Source of the DNA: an uncultured delta proteobacterium
GTDB taxonomy: Bacteria > Myxococcota_A > Polyangia > Palsa-1104
Length of the DNA: 64,000 nt
Direction: 5' to 3'
Assembly (NCBI GenBank): GCA_963785725.1
Contig: CAWAWS010000016.1
Span: 96,001-160,000, forward strand
Shown here: in pieces, positions 36,382 to 44,912 of the stretch
Position numbering within the stretch: the stretch's first letter is position 1
Layout: each line of letters starts with the position of its first letter
Made by a program: the position numbers and the translations under genes
The notes under the pieces: generated by a model
Databases searched by the model: none
Seen by the model: the letters and a program-made list of their open reading frames with translations, nothing else
Told to the model about the DNA's origin: nothing

Positions 36382-37092
36382 ATGGCTGACGACGACTGGA
36401 AGGTCCTGCCGCACGAGCCCATCGAAAAGCTGAGCGAGAACCTCTGGCGTGTCGTCGGCAGCATCGAGCGCATGCCACTGAAGCGCGTGATGACCGTCGT
36501 CCGCCTCGGCGACGGGCGGCTCGTCATTCACAGCGCCGTGGCGCTGGACGAGCCGTCGATGCGCGAGCTCGAAGCGTGGGGAACGCCGGCGTTTCTCATC
36601 GTGCCCAATCGCTGGCATCGCCTCGACGCGCCGCGCTTCAAGCGGCGTTATCCGGCGCTCAAGGTGTTGACGCCGCCGCGCGGGCGCAAGCTCGTGGCCG
36701 CGGTCGTGCCCGTCGACGCCACGCACGACGACTTCGGCGGCGACCTGCACGTGCAGCTCGAGCCGCTGGCCGGCGTCGCCGAGGGCGAGCAGATCCTGCG
36801 CGTCCGTTCGCGCGACGGCGTCACGCTCGTGCTCAACGACTGCGTCTTCAACATGGCCAAGCCATCGGGCTTCGTCAGCCGCACGATCTTGACGCTGATG
36901 GGCTCGGCGCCCGGCCCGCGCGTGTCGCGGCTGTTCAAGGCGGCGGTCGTCAAAGATCGCGACGCCTTCCGCGCCGATCTCGAGCGGCTGGCGGCGACGC
37001 CGAACCTCGTGCGCGTCATCGTCGCGCACGACCGCTTGTCGACGGGCGCCGCAGCCGCCGCGACGTTGCGTCAAGCCGCTACTTACGTTTGA
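36382..37092 (+). CDS. DUF4336-like metallo-beta-lactamase-fold protein
   Basis: RVMTVVRLGDGRLVIHSAVAL, IVPNRWHRLD, RVIVAHD. Confidence 0.7.
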   Translation: MADDDWKVLPHEPIEKLSENLWRVVGSIERMPLKRVMTVVRLGDGRLVIHSAVALDEPSMRELEAWGTPAFLIVPNRWHRLDAPRFKRRYPALKVLTPPRGRKLVAAVVPVDATHDDFGGDLHVQLEPLAGVAEGEQILRVRSRDGVTLVLNDCVFNMAKPSGFVSRTILTLMGSAPGPRVSRLFKAAVVKDRDAFRADLERLAATPNLVRVIVAHDRLSTGAAAAATLRQAATYV

Positions 37093-37110
37093 TCTTCGTC
37101 GCTGTCTCGG

Positions 37111-37515
37111 TCAATTCTTGATCGGGCGATCGCCGACGAAGAGCGGCTCGGCGTCCGACAGCGTGCGGCTGTTGGGGTGCGTCTTCTCGTCGTCCTCGTC
37201 TTCGAACGTGCGCACGCGCTTGTGGCCGAGCCGCGCTCGATACTCCTCGTACACGCGGCGCGCGAACGCCAGCGTCGCCGCCGGATCGCCGAGCACCGCC
37301 AGCACCTGCGCCTCGCCGTGTTGGCTCGCGAGATCGTAGTCGGTGGCCTCGACGGTGGCGGCGTCGATCTGGCCTGCGAGCAGCCACGCCTGGACCTCGT
37401 CGACCGTCGCTGAATGGCGCTGCGCCAGGTCGTGGATGTTGGAGAACCGAGCCGATCCCTCGCTGTCGAGGCCGAGGTGATATTCGAGGAAGAGCGTGAA
37501 GTCGTCGGGCCGCAC
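37111..37515 (-). CDS. Hypothetical protein (134 aa)
   Basis: Globular-looking composition in a gap between genes; TAATAT hexamer 6 nt before the GTG start. Confidence 0.65.
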   Translation of the reverse strand: MRPDDFTLFLEYHLGLDSEGSARFSNIHDLAQRHSATVDEVQAWLLAGQIDAATVEATDYDLASQHGEAQVLAVLGDPAATLAFARRVYEEYRARLGHKRVRTFEDEDDEKTHPNSRTLSDAEPLFVGDRPIKN

Positions 37516-37524
37516 GCGGTGATA

Positions 37525-38634
37525 TTACCCGAGGATCGTCCGCGATGGCTGATAGCGTTCGAGGTTGTAGTGACGCGCGACGTCGACCAAGTTGAGCGCC
37601 TTGGTCGCTTCGCTCAAATTCACCAACGAGATCGTGCACGCAGGCGCGATTCCCTTGGCCGACACCATCTTGCCCCAGGCGCCTTCGATGCACGCGTCGA
37701 CCGCCGCCGAGCCGAACAGGTGGCCCATGATGCGGTCAATCGGCGAAGGCACGCCGCCGCGCTGCGGATGGCCGAGCGCCACCGCGCGCGAATCCCACTT
37801 CGTCTGCTGCCGGATCTGCTCGGCCAGCCACGCGCCGATGCCGCCGAGCCGCATGTGGCCGAAGGCGTCCACCTTCTGCTCCAGCGTCACCTCTTGTCCG
37901 CCCGACGGCAGCGCGCCTTCGGCGACGACGACGACGGCATAACGCGGCAGGCGCCGATCGTTCTTGCCCTTCTGCAGCCGCTCGTCGAGCAGCTTCAAGA
38001 CCTTGTCGACCGAGAACGGCGCCTCGGGAATGAGCGTGATGAACGCGCCGCCCGCCAAGCCCGACCACAGCGCCAGATGGCCGGCGTGGCGTCCCATGAC
38101 CTCGACGACCTGCACCCAATGATGCGAGCCCGCCGGCGTCCGCGAGCGCTCGATGATGTCGGCGCACGTGCGCAAGGACGTGTCGAAGCCGAGCGAATAG
38201 TCGGTGCCGCCGAGATCCTTGTCGATCGTCTTCGGGATGCCGACGACGTGCGCGCCCTTGGCCGCGAGCTTGGCGGCGACGCCGAGCGTGTCCTCGCCGC
38301 CGATGGGGACGAGCGCGTCGAGCTTGAGCTTGGCGATGTTACGAATGACCTGATCGCTGACGTCGGTCTTCTCGCCGTTGACGACGTGGTTGAATGGGTT
38401 CGTGCGCGAGCTACCGAGACGCGTGCCACCTTCGAGGTCCCAATAGCGCACCGTCTCGATGTCGAGCGGCCAGGTCTCGTCGCAGAAGCCGTCGAGCAAG
38501 CCCTTCCAGCCGTCGTAGATGCCGACCGTCTCGATGCCGAGCTCCTGCGCCTTCCACGTCAGCGCGCGGATGGCCGGATTGAGACCGGGAGCGTCGCCGC
38601 CGCCGGTGAGAACGCCGATGCGCTTTAAGGCCAT
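37525..38634 (-). CDS. pfkA: 6-phosphofructokinase, group III (mixed ATP/PPi clade)
   Basis: IGVLTGGGDAPGLN, GGTRLGSSRTNP, IGGEDT, PKTID, EVMGRHAG, LGHPQRGG; SD GAGGAGG upstream. Confidence 0.93.
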   Translation of the reverse strand: MALKRIGVLTGGGDAPGLNPAIRALTWKAQELGIETVGIYDGWKGLLDGFCDETWPLDIETVRYWDLEGGTRLGSSRTNPFNHVVNGEKTDVSDQVIRNIAKLKLDALVPIGGEDTLGVAAKLAAKGAHVVGIPKTIDKDLGGTDYSLGFDTSLRTCADIIERSRTPAGSHHWVQVVEVMGRHAGHLALWSGLAGGAFITLIPEAPFSVDKVLKLLDERLQKGKNDRRLPRYAVVVVAEGALPSGGQEVTLEQKVDAFGHMRLGGIGAWLAEQIRQQTKWDSRAVALGHPQRGGVPSPIDRIMGHLFGSAAVDACIEGAWGKMVSAKGIAPACTISLVNLSEATKALNLVDVARHYNLERYQPSRTILG

Positions 38635-38777
38635 TGCAGCTGCCTCCTCGATTGCCGAATTGTAGGTTGGGATTTCTTCAAAACCGTAACTCTGAACTGA
38701 GTTACGTGCAATCACTTTCGCGGACGAACGGGCGAATCATACCGCTTTGTTGCATTGTTATTAGCATGCGGCGCGTG

Positions 38778-38804
38778 GGAACAGGCCAGCCGATCCTTCC
38801 GTCT
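38778..38804 (+). promoter_or_regulatory. Putative ECF sigma promoter GGAAC-N17-CGTCT
   Basis: GGAAC 38778-38782 and CGTCT 38800-38804, 24 nt upstream of the ECF sigma start codon; fits the generic ECF GGAAC/CGT architecture. Confidence 0.6.
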
Positions 38805-38828
38805 CAATCGGAGAAGGAGATCTTGCGT

Positions 38829-39428
38829 ATGCCCGTTCCGCAGCCGAGACCGTCGCCGCTGCCGCCGCTCGAGGTGGCCGCGTTGGTCGAGCGCGCGCGG
38901 GAAGGCGACGTGAGCGCCTTCGAGCGGCTGATCGTGCAGTATCAGCACAAGGTCTATACGTTCGCGTTCGCGTTCACGGGCTCGCCCGATCTGGCGCAGG
39001 ACTTGGCGCAGGAAGCGCTCGTCAAGGTCTACAAGTCGCTGTCGAGCTTTCGCTTCCAGTCGGCGTTCTCGACGTGGCTGTATTCGATCGTCAAGAACAC
39101 CTACCTCGATGCCGTCAAGTCGCGCGCCGGGCGCGAGCGCGCGCTCGAGGAGCCGCTGACGGATCGCGACGTCGAGCAGCTGTCGGAGGCGCTGACGGCC
39201 GAAGAGCGGCTGTTGCAAAAAGAGGCGCGGCGGGCGCTGTTCCGCGCGCTCCGGCAAGTGCCGCTCGTGTTCCGCACCGTCGTGGCGATGGCCGACGTAC
39301 AGGGCATGGCGTACGAAGAGATCGCGGTGGCGCTCGGGCTGCCGCTCGGTACGGTGAAGTCGCGGTTGAAGCGTGGGCGCGATGCGCTGCGCGGTGTGTT
39401 GTCTTCGTTGCAACGGGAGAGCTCATGA
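38829..39428 (+). CDS. ECF-family RNA polymerase sigma-70 factor
   Basis: GDVSAFERL, AQDLAQEALVKVY, SAFSTWLYSI, YEEIA..LGLPLGTVKSRLKRGR; SD AAGGAG upstream. Confidence 0.95.
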   Translation: MPVPQPRPSPLPPLEVAALVERAREGDVSAFERLIVQYQHKVYTFAFAFTGSPDLAQDLAQEALVKVYKSLSSFRFQSAFSTWLYSIVKNTYLDAVKSRAGRERALEEPLTDRDVEQLSEALTAEERLLQKEARRALFRALRQVPLVFRTVVAMADVQGMAYEEIAVALGLPLGTVKSRLKRGRDALRGVLSSLQRESS

Positions 39429-40105
39429 GCTGCGCCGACGTTCGCGCGCGTTTGGACGAGGTCGCCGCCGGCGAGCTCGACGGTCCCGAGGCCGACGAGC
39501 TGCGGGCGCACGCCGATCGCTGCGTCGGGTGCGGCGCCGAGCTGGCCGCGCTCGAGCGCAACTTCGAGCTCTGCCAGCGCGCCGGCACCGAGCCGCTGCC
39601 GGAGGGGTTCGCCCTGTCGCTGCGACAGGCGCTCGTCGCCGCCGGACCGCCGACGCCGACGCTGCTCGATCGTTGGCGGCAAAAGGTGGCGGCGCGGCCG
39701 CTCGGCTTCGCGCTCGCGGTCGCGGTGCTGGCGGCCGTCGTCGCGACCGGCGCGACGCTGACGGTCACGCACCATCGGTCGCAGAGCGCGGTCGCGCCGG
39801 TGCTGGCGGCGAGCTATCGCGTGCCGTCGTCGAAGGTGGCGCTCGTCAAGGTCGACTTCGTGGCCGCGCAGGCGATCGAAGACGTGGCCTTCGAGATTAC
39901 GCTGCCCGATGGCCTGCGCTTCGTGTCGGGTGGTGCGCTGTTGGCCGAGCGTAGCTTCCGCTTCCAAGGCAAGCTGGCGCCGGGATCGAATCCGATTCCG
40001 ATCGCCGTCAAAGGGCCGCGCGCCGGGCGCTACAAGCTCATCGCGCACGCCATCGGCAGTGAGCTCGACGTGACGCAAGAAGTGTTGCTGGAGGTGACGA
40101 CATGA
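39425..40105 (+). CDS. Zinc-finger (HxxxCxxC) transmembrane anti-sigma factor with extracytoplasmic Ig-like domain
   Basis: MSCADV...HADRCVGC; TM LGFALAVAVLAAVVATGATL; C-terminal beta domain (ITLPDGLRFVSG). ATGA overlap with sigma gene. Confidence 0.88.
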   Translation: MSCADVRARLDEVAAGELDGPEADELRAHADRCVGCGAELAALERNFELCQRAGTEPLPEGFALSLRQALVAAGPPTPTLLDRWRQKVAARPLGFALAVAVLAAVVATGATLTVTHHRSQSAVAPVLAASYRVPSSKVALVKVDFVAAQAIEDVAFEITLPDGLRFVSGGALLAERSFRFQGKLAPGSNPIPIAVKGPRAGRYKLIAHAIGSELDVTQEVLLEVTT

Positions 40106-40446
40106 GCCGCGCTAGCCTCATTTGCGCGCTCGCGCTGACAGGCGGAGTCGCCTGGGCCGACGACGCGCGCGTACGCACGACCACGACCGTCGAAGTGCTC
40201 GACGACAAGGCGCAGATCGACGACGTCATTTCGCGCCTGCGCGCCGTACCGCCGGCGCCGGACGCGACGAAAGCCGCGCCGGTGGCGACGTTGAAGCTGG
40301 AGCGCCCGCCGGCGCCGACGACCGCCGCCGAGAGCCGCCGCGCCACCGGGCCCGACGCCAAGACGCAGCCCGCCGGCACGCGCCGCTCGAGCCGCGAGCG
40401 CAACGGCAACCCCGATCACACCGAACGCCCGCGTCCCAAATCGTAA
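40102..40446 (+). CDS. Small exported protein, largely disordered
   Basis: Signal peptide with AWA cleavage site; ATGA overlap with the anti-sigma gene. Confidence 0.65.
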   Translation: MSRASLICALALTGGVAWADDARVRTTTTVEVLDDKAQIDDVISRLRAVPPAPDATKAAPVATLKLERPPAPTTAAESRRATGPDAKTQPAGTRRSSRERNGNPDHTERPRPKS

Positions 40447-40536
40447 GCTCGCCGCCGGCCTCGCTTCATCGATCGCATTTGCGCCGAACTATTCGCCTGC
40501 GCGCTGAATGTTTGCGGCTGACGACCGTCTGGTACG

Positions 40537-42549
40537 ATGGTCCGCTTGTCGCTGCCCGCGGTCATAGTGGCGCTCGTCGCAGGCGCCTTCGACCCGGCGC
40601 CGACGTTCGGCGCGGCCGCCGAGCTGAACGCCGTCGGCAGCGCGCCGGCGCCGGCGCTGGCCGAGGCCGCGCGCAAGGCGCTCGGCGAGCACGACTTGCC
40701 GCGCGCGGCGCTGCTGGCGGCGCTGGCGTCGGCCAAAGCGCCCGAAGACGCCGGCGCCGCGCTCATGCTCGGCTTGGCCCGCTTTCGCGACGGCATGGCT
40801 GACGCGGCCGTGGCGCCCTTCGAACGCGCGGTGACGCTGGCGCCCACGTCGGCGGCGGCGCGCTTCGACCTCGGCGCCGCGCAGTACGAGAGCGGCCGCT
40901 TCGCCGCGGCGGAGACGACCTGGCTCGGCGCGGCGACGCTGGACGCCAAGATCGCGCCACTGGCGACGCTCGACGCCGGCCTGGCCGCGCTCGACGGCGG
41001 CGCCGCGCCGCGCGCGCTGCGCTGGTTCGCCGCGGCCGAGTCGCTGGCGCGCGCCGCCGGACAGGTGCCGGTCGCGCAGCGCGCGCTGTCGCTGTCGGCG
41101 CGCGCCGCCGCCGTCACGCGCGCCGCGCACGCCGGCAACGTGCCGACGCCGCTGCGTCAGCAGGTGCACGCCGCGCGGGAAGCGCTCGTCGCCCACCACT
41201 ACGACGAAGCCATCGCCCGTTATCGCGCCGCCGCCGACGCCGCCGAGCTCGCCGACGCCGCGCCCGCCGATCGCGCCGAGATCGACTACGGCCTCGGTCA
41301 GGCGCTCTATCGGCAGGGCGCGCTCACCGCCGCCGCGCGCGCGCTCGACTCGGCGTTGGCGCGCTCGCCCGACGACGCCGAGTTCCACTTCCTGCTCGGC
41401 CTCGTTCACTTCGACGCCGGCGCCGACCGCGACGCGCAGCGCTCGCTCGTGCGCGCGCTCGAGCTGACGCTACCCACCGCCGAGGCGCAGCGCGCGCGCG
41501 AGATCTTGCGCTCGTTGCGCGAGGCGCACCGCTCGGAGACGCGCCGCCTCTTCATCGACGTCGACGTCAGCGCCGGCTACGACAGCAACGTGCCGCAGTC
41601 GGGCATCGTCATCACCGCCGCACGCTCGGCGACGCTGCCGACGGGCGCCGCCTTCTTGTCGACGGATCTCGAGGTCTTCTGGCGCCCCATCGGCACGACC
41701 GAGCGCGGCCTCACGATCGACTATCGCTTCGGCCAGCTCGGCTATCTCTCGCCGGCGAGCGCGCTCGATCCCTACTCGCTGCAGGAGCACGACTTGACCG
41801 TCGCCGGCGCCTGGACGCCGACGCCACGCTTGACGCTCGCCGCCGGCGTCGACGGCTACGTGCTCTTCGCCGGCGTGCAGACGTTCACGCCCTTTCAGGC
41901 CGGCGCCAGCCTCGGGCCGCGCATCGAGATTCGCGAGACGCACGGCTTCGAGACGCGCCTGCGCTATCAACACGTGTTCAAGACGGCGCTCGATCAGCCC
42001 TACAAATATCTCGGCGGACAGCGCGACGAGGCGGGAGTGACGCAGGCCTGGCGCGATCAGCGCGATCGGCTGTCGCTCGGCTACGTCTTCGCGCGCGAGG
42101 CCATCGGCACGCAGATCGTGACGCTCGGGCAGCTGAGCTTCCCGGACGCGCCCGCCGGCAGCTTCGATCCGGCGGCGATCTACTACATCCCCTACTCCTA
42201 CCTCGGCCACGAGCTGTCGCTCACCGAGTCGCGCGATCTGCCGTGGGGATTTCACGGCGCGCTGACGCTGCGCTACGAGCATCGCGACTATCAGGGCCAG
42301 AGCTACATCGGCCCACCCGCCGGTCAAAGCGGGCCGTTCTTCGACTATCGCACCCGGCGCGACAATCGCTTCTCGGCCGACTTGGCGCTGCGCTATCCCA
42401 TCGCCGCCGGCTTCGACGTCGAGGCGGCGTATACATTCATCGTCAATCGTTCCACCATCGACAATGACGAGCCCACCTCGACGCTCGACTACGACGACAA
42501 GAACTACCTGAAGAGCGTCGTGCAGCTGACCTTCGGATTTACGTACTGA
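40537..42549 (+). CDS. TPR-repeat outer-membrane beta-barrel protein (Slam/DUF560-like architecture)
   Basis: N-terminal TPR helices (FDLGAAQY, YGLGQALY, FLLGLVHF); barrel beginning VDVSAGYDSNV and ending VQLTFGFTY. Possible true start TTG 40546. Confidence 0.75.
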   Translation: MVRLSLPAVIVALVAGAFDPAPTFGAAAELNAVGSAPAPALAEAARKALGEHDLPRAALLAALASAKAPEDAGAALMLGLARFRDGMADAAVAPFERAVTLAPTSAAARFDLGAAQYESGRFAAAETTWLGAATLDAKIAPLATLDAGLAALDGGAAPRALRWFAAAESLARAAGQVPVAQRALSLSARAAAVTRAAHAGNVPTPLRQQVHAAREALVAHHYDEAIARYRAAADAAELADAAPADRAEIDYGLGQALYRQGALTAAARALDSALARSPDDAEFHFLLGLVHFDAGADRDAQRSLVRALELTLPTAEAQRAREILRSLREAHRSETRRLFIDVDVSAGYDSNVPQSGIVITAARSATLPTGAAFLSTDLEVFWRPIGTTERGLTIDYRFGQLGYLSPASALDPYSLQEHDLTVAGAWTPTPRLTLAAGVDGYVLFAGVQTFTPFQAGASLGPRIEIRETHGFETRLRYQHVFKTALDQPYKYLGGQRDEAGVTQAWRDQRDRLSLGYVFAREAIGTQIVTLGQLSFPDAPAGSFDPAAIYYIPYSYLGHELSLTESRDLPWGFHGALTLRYEHRDYQGQSYIGPPAGQSGPFFDYRTRRDNRFSADLALRYPIAAGFDVEAAYTFIVNRSTIDNDEPTSTLDYDDKNYLKSVVQLTFGFTY

Positions 42550-42595
42550 ACGAGTCGTTTAACGTTCCACCGACTAGACGGGTCCAAGGAGACAC

Positions 42596-43051
42596 ATGAT
42601 GACCAAAGCATGGTTAGGATCGTTCGTAGGCGCGCTCTTGCTGGTGGCCGGCTGTGCCCATCAGCCGCATGGCGAAGCGAGCATCGAAGGTTGGGCGGAC
42701 CACTATCCGCCGGCGTCGCAGCAGCTCGGTCAGTGGGTCCAAGCGCATCCGCCGGCCGCGTCGGTGTTCTTCGAGTGGGACGCGCAGCATCCCGAGCGCG
42801 CGCACGAGTTCGTGACCTGGACGCTCTATCACCCCGATCAGCCAATCGAAGGCTTCGTGGCCACGCACCCCAATTGGGGGCAGTTCGACGACATCGTGCT
42901 GCACCATCGCGCCGCCGCCGACACGTTCATGGCCTGGTGCCGGCGCCATCCGAAGGCGGCCGAGGCGCTCATGAGCCATCCGGGCGGGCTGAGCTGGGCC
43001 GGCCATCACCTCTACGCGAGCTCGTGGCACATGGAGTCGCCCGGTCGCTAA
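42596..43051 (+). CDS. Lipoprotein with Trp/His-rich [WF]xxxHP repeats
   Basis: SD AAGGAG; lipobox LVAG-C; repeats WVQAHP, WDAQHP, WTLYHP, FVATHP, WCRRHP. Confidence 0.8.
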   Translation: MMTKAWLGSFVGALLLVAGCAHQPHGEASIEGWADHYPPASQQLGQWVQAHPPAASVFFEWDAQHPERAHEFVTWTLYHPDQPIEGFVATHPNWGQFDDIVLHHRAAADTFMAWCRRHPKAAEALMSHPGGLSWAGHHLYASSWHMESPGR

Positions 43052-43055
43052 ACGC

Positions 43056-44903
43056 ATGACGACGTCCCGGCGCATATCGCGAATCGCTTACGTTTTCGCT
43101 TTTGCGATATCGAGTTTCGCGATATGCGCCGCGGCCGCCGACCGGGCCGCGCCGGCCCAACCGCAACCGCCGGCCGCCCCAGCAGCGACGGCGCCGCCGC
43201 TGACGGCGCGCGACCTCGACCGCATGCTGGCGCTCGAGTGGCGCCGGCACGGACTGACCGCCGGTCGCGCCGCCGATGACGCCGAATTCCTGCGCCGCCT
43301 GTCGATCGATCTCACCGGCACCATCCCCGACGCCGACGCCGTGCGCGCGTTCCTCGCCGATCGACGGCCCGACAAGCGCGCCCGCGCCGTCGACATCCTG
43401 CTCGACTCGCCGGCCTACGCGCTGCATTGGGCGACCTATTGGGATCGGCTGCTCATGGGGCGCACGGCGCACGGCAACGTCGTCGATCGCGTGGCTTTCG
43501 GGCGCTGGCTGTACGATCAATTCGCCGACAATCGCCCCTTCGATCAGCTCGTCTTCGAATTGGTGAGCGCGACCGGGCAGAACACGCTCGGCGGAGTGAA
43601 AAGGAGCGCGCTCGGGCCGCTGCAAGCGCCGGAGCCCGATCCCGACGGCAAGGTGCATCCGGCGGTCAACTGGCTCTTGCGCTATCAGCAGAACCCGACC
43701 GATCTGACGGGCAAGCTGTCGAAGCTGTTCCTCGGCGTGCAGATTCAATGCGCGCAGTGCCACAACCACCCGTCGGAGAAGTGGAAGCAGGACGACTTTC
43801 GCAGCTTGGCGGCCTGCTTCGCGCGCACGGGCATGGCGCCGCTCGAGCCGAAAGCGGGCGGCCTCGTGCGCAAGGTCGAGCTGCGCGATCAGCCGGGACC
43901 GAGCTTCGGCGGCGGCAAGATGGCGGCGGCCGATCTGCGGCTCATCGCGCTGGCGCCGCCGCGCGCGCTCGACGGCACCGACTTTACGGCGAGCGAGAAT
44001 CGGCGGCGCGCGCTGGCGAGCTGGATCGTCAAGCCCGACAATCCGTGGTTCGCGCGCGCCATCGTCAACCGCTATTGGGGTCACTTGGTCGGCCGCGGCA
44101 TCGTCGATCCGATCGACGACTTCCGGCACGGCAATCCGCCGGCGGCCCCGGCGCTGCTCGACGCGCTGGCGCGCGACTTCGTCGCCAACAAGTACGACCT
44201 GCGCCGGCTCATTCGGCTCATCTGCGCGACGCGGGCGTACCAGCTGGCGGTGGTGCCCGGCCGGCCGGGCGAATGGGACGAGCGGCTGTTCACGCACCAT
44301 CGCTTGCGGCCGCTGACGGGCGAGGAGCTCTACAACGCGCTGGCGGCGGCGACGAACCTCGAGAACGCGCTGCAGAAAGCCGGACTGCCGAACGTCGACC
44401 AGCTGAAGACGCAGATTCAGAATGCGTTCGACTTTCTCTTCAGCACCGACGAAGAGGCGCCGCCGCCGGCCGAGTTTGCCGGCTCGATTCAGCAGGCGCT
44501 CCTGTTCTTGAACGGCAAGCTCGTCAATCGCGCGTCGGCGGCGGTGCCGGGCATGACGCTCGCCGGCATCCTCGATTTCCCCGCCGATGACGCGCTCAAG
44601 ATCGAGGCGCTCTACTTGCGCACGCTGTCGCGCCTGCCGACGGCCGCCGAGTCGAAGCGCTGGCTCGCCTACGTGCAGGCGCCGCGCGAGATCGTGGGGG
44701 AAACCAAAGAGCAGAAGCGCGCGCTGGCCCAGCTGACGCGCGGGGAAAAAGGCGGCGCCAAAGGGAGCAAGATGAATCCGCTGGGCGCGCTCGACCGGGC
44801 GGCGCGCCGGCTCGATCCGGCCGAGCCGACCGCCAAGCAGCAGGCCTACGAAGATCTGTTTTGGGCGCTCTTGAACTCGAGCGAATTCATATTTCAGCAT
44901 TAG
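43056..44903 (+). CDS. DUF1549/DUF1553 (planctomycete PSCyt2/PSD1-type) protein
   Basis: DAEFLRRLSIDLTGTIP, FLGVQIQCAQCHNHP, NPWFARAIVNRYW..GRGIVDPIDDF, EDLFWALLNSSEFIFQH. Confidence 0.9.
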   Translation: MTTSRRISRIAYVFAFAISSFAICAAAADRAAPAQPQPPAAPAATAPPLTARDLDRMLALEWRRHGLTAGRAADDAEFLRRLSIDLTGTIPDADAVRAFLADRRPDKRARAVDILLDSPAYALHWATYWDRLLMGRTAHGNVVDRVAFGRWLYDQFADNRPFDQLVFELVSATGQNTLGGVKRSALGPLQAPEPDPDGKVHPAVNWLLRYQQNPTDLTGKLSKLFLGVQIQCAQCHNHPSEKWKQDDFRSLAACFARTGMAPLEPKAGGLVRKVELRDQPGPSFGGGKMAAADLRLIALAPPRALDGTDFTASENRRRALASWIVKPDNPWFARAIVNRYWGHLVGRGIVDPIDDFRHGNPPAAPALLDALARDFVANKYDLRRLIRLICATRAYQLAVVPGRPGEWDERLFTHHRLRPLTGEELYNALAAATNLENALQKAGLPNVDQLKTQIQNAFDFLFSTDEEAPPPAEFAGSIQQALLFLNGKLVNRASAAVPGMTLAGILDFPADDALKIEALYLRTLSRLPTAAESKRWLAYVQAPREIVGETKEQKRALAQLTRGEKGGAKGSKMNPLGALDRAARRLDPAEPTAKQQAYEDLFWALLNSSEFIFQH

Positions 44904-44912
44904 GCGGCGAAG

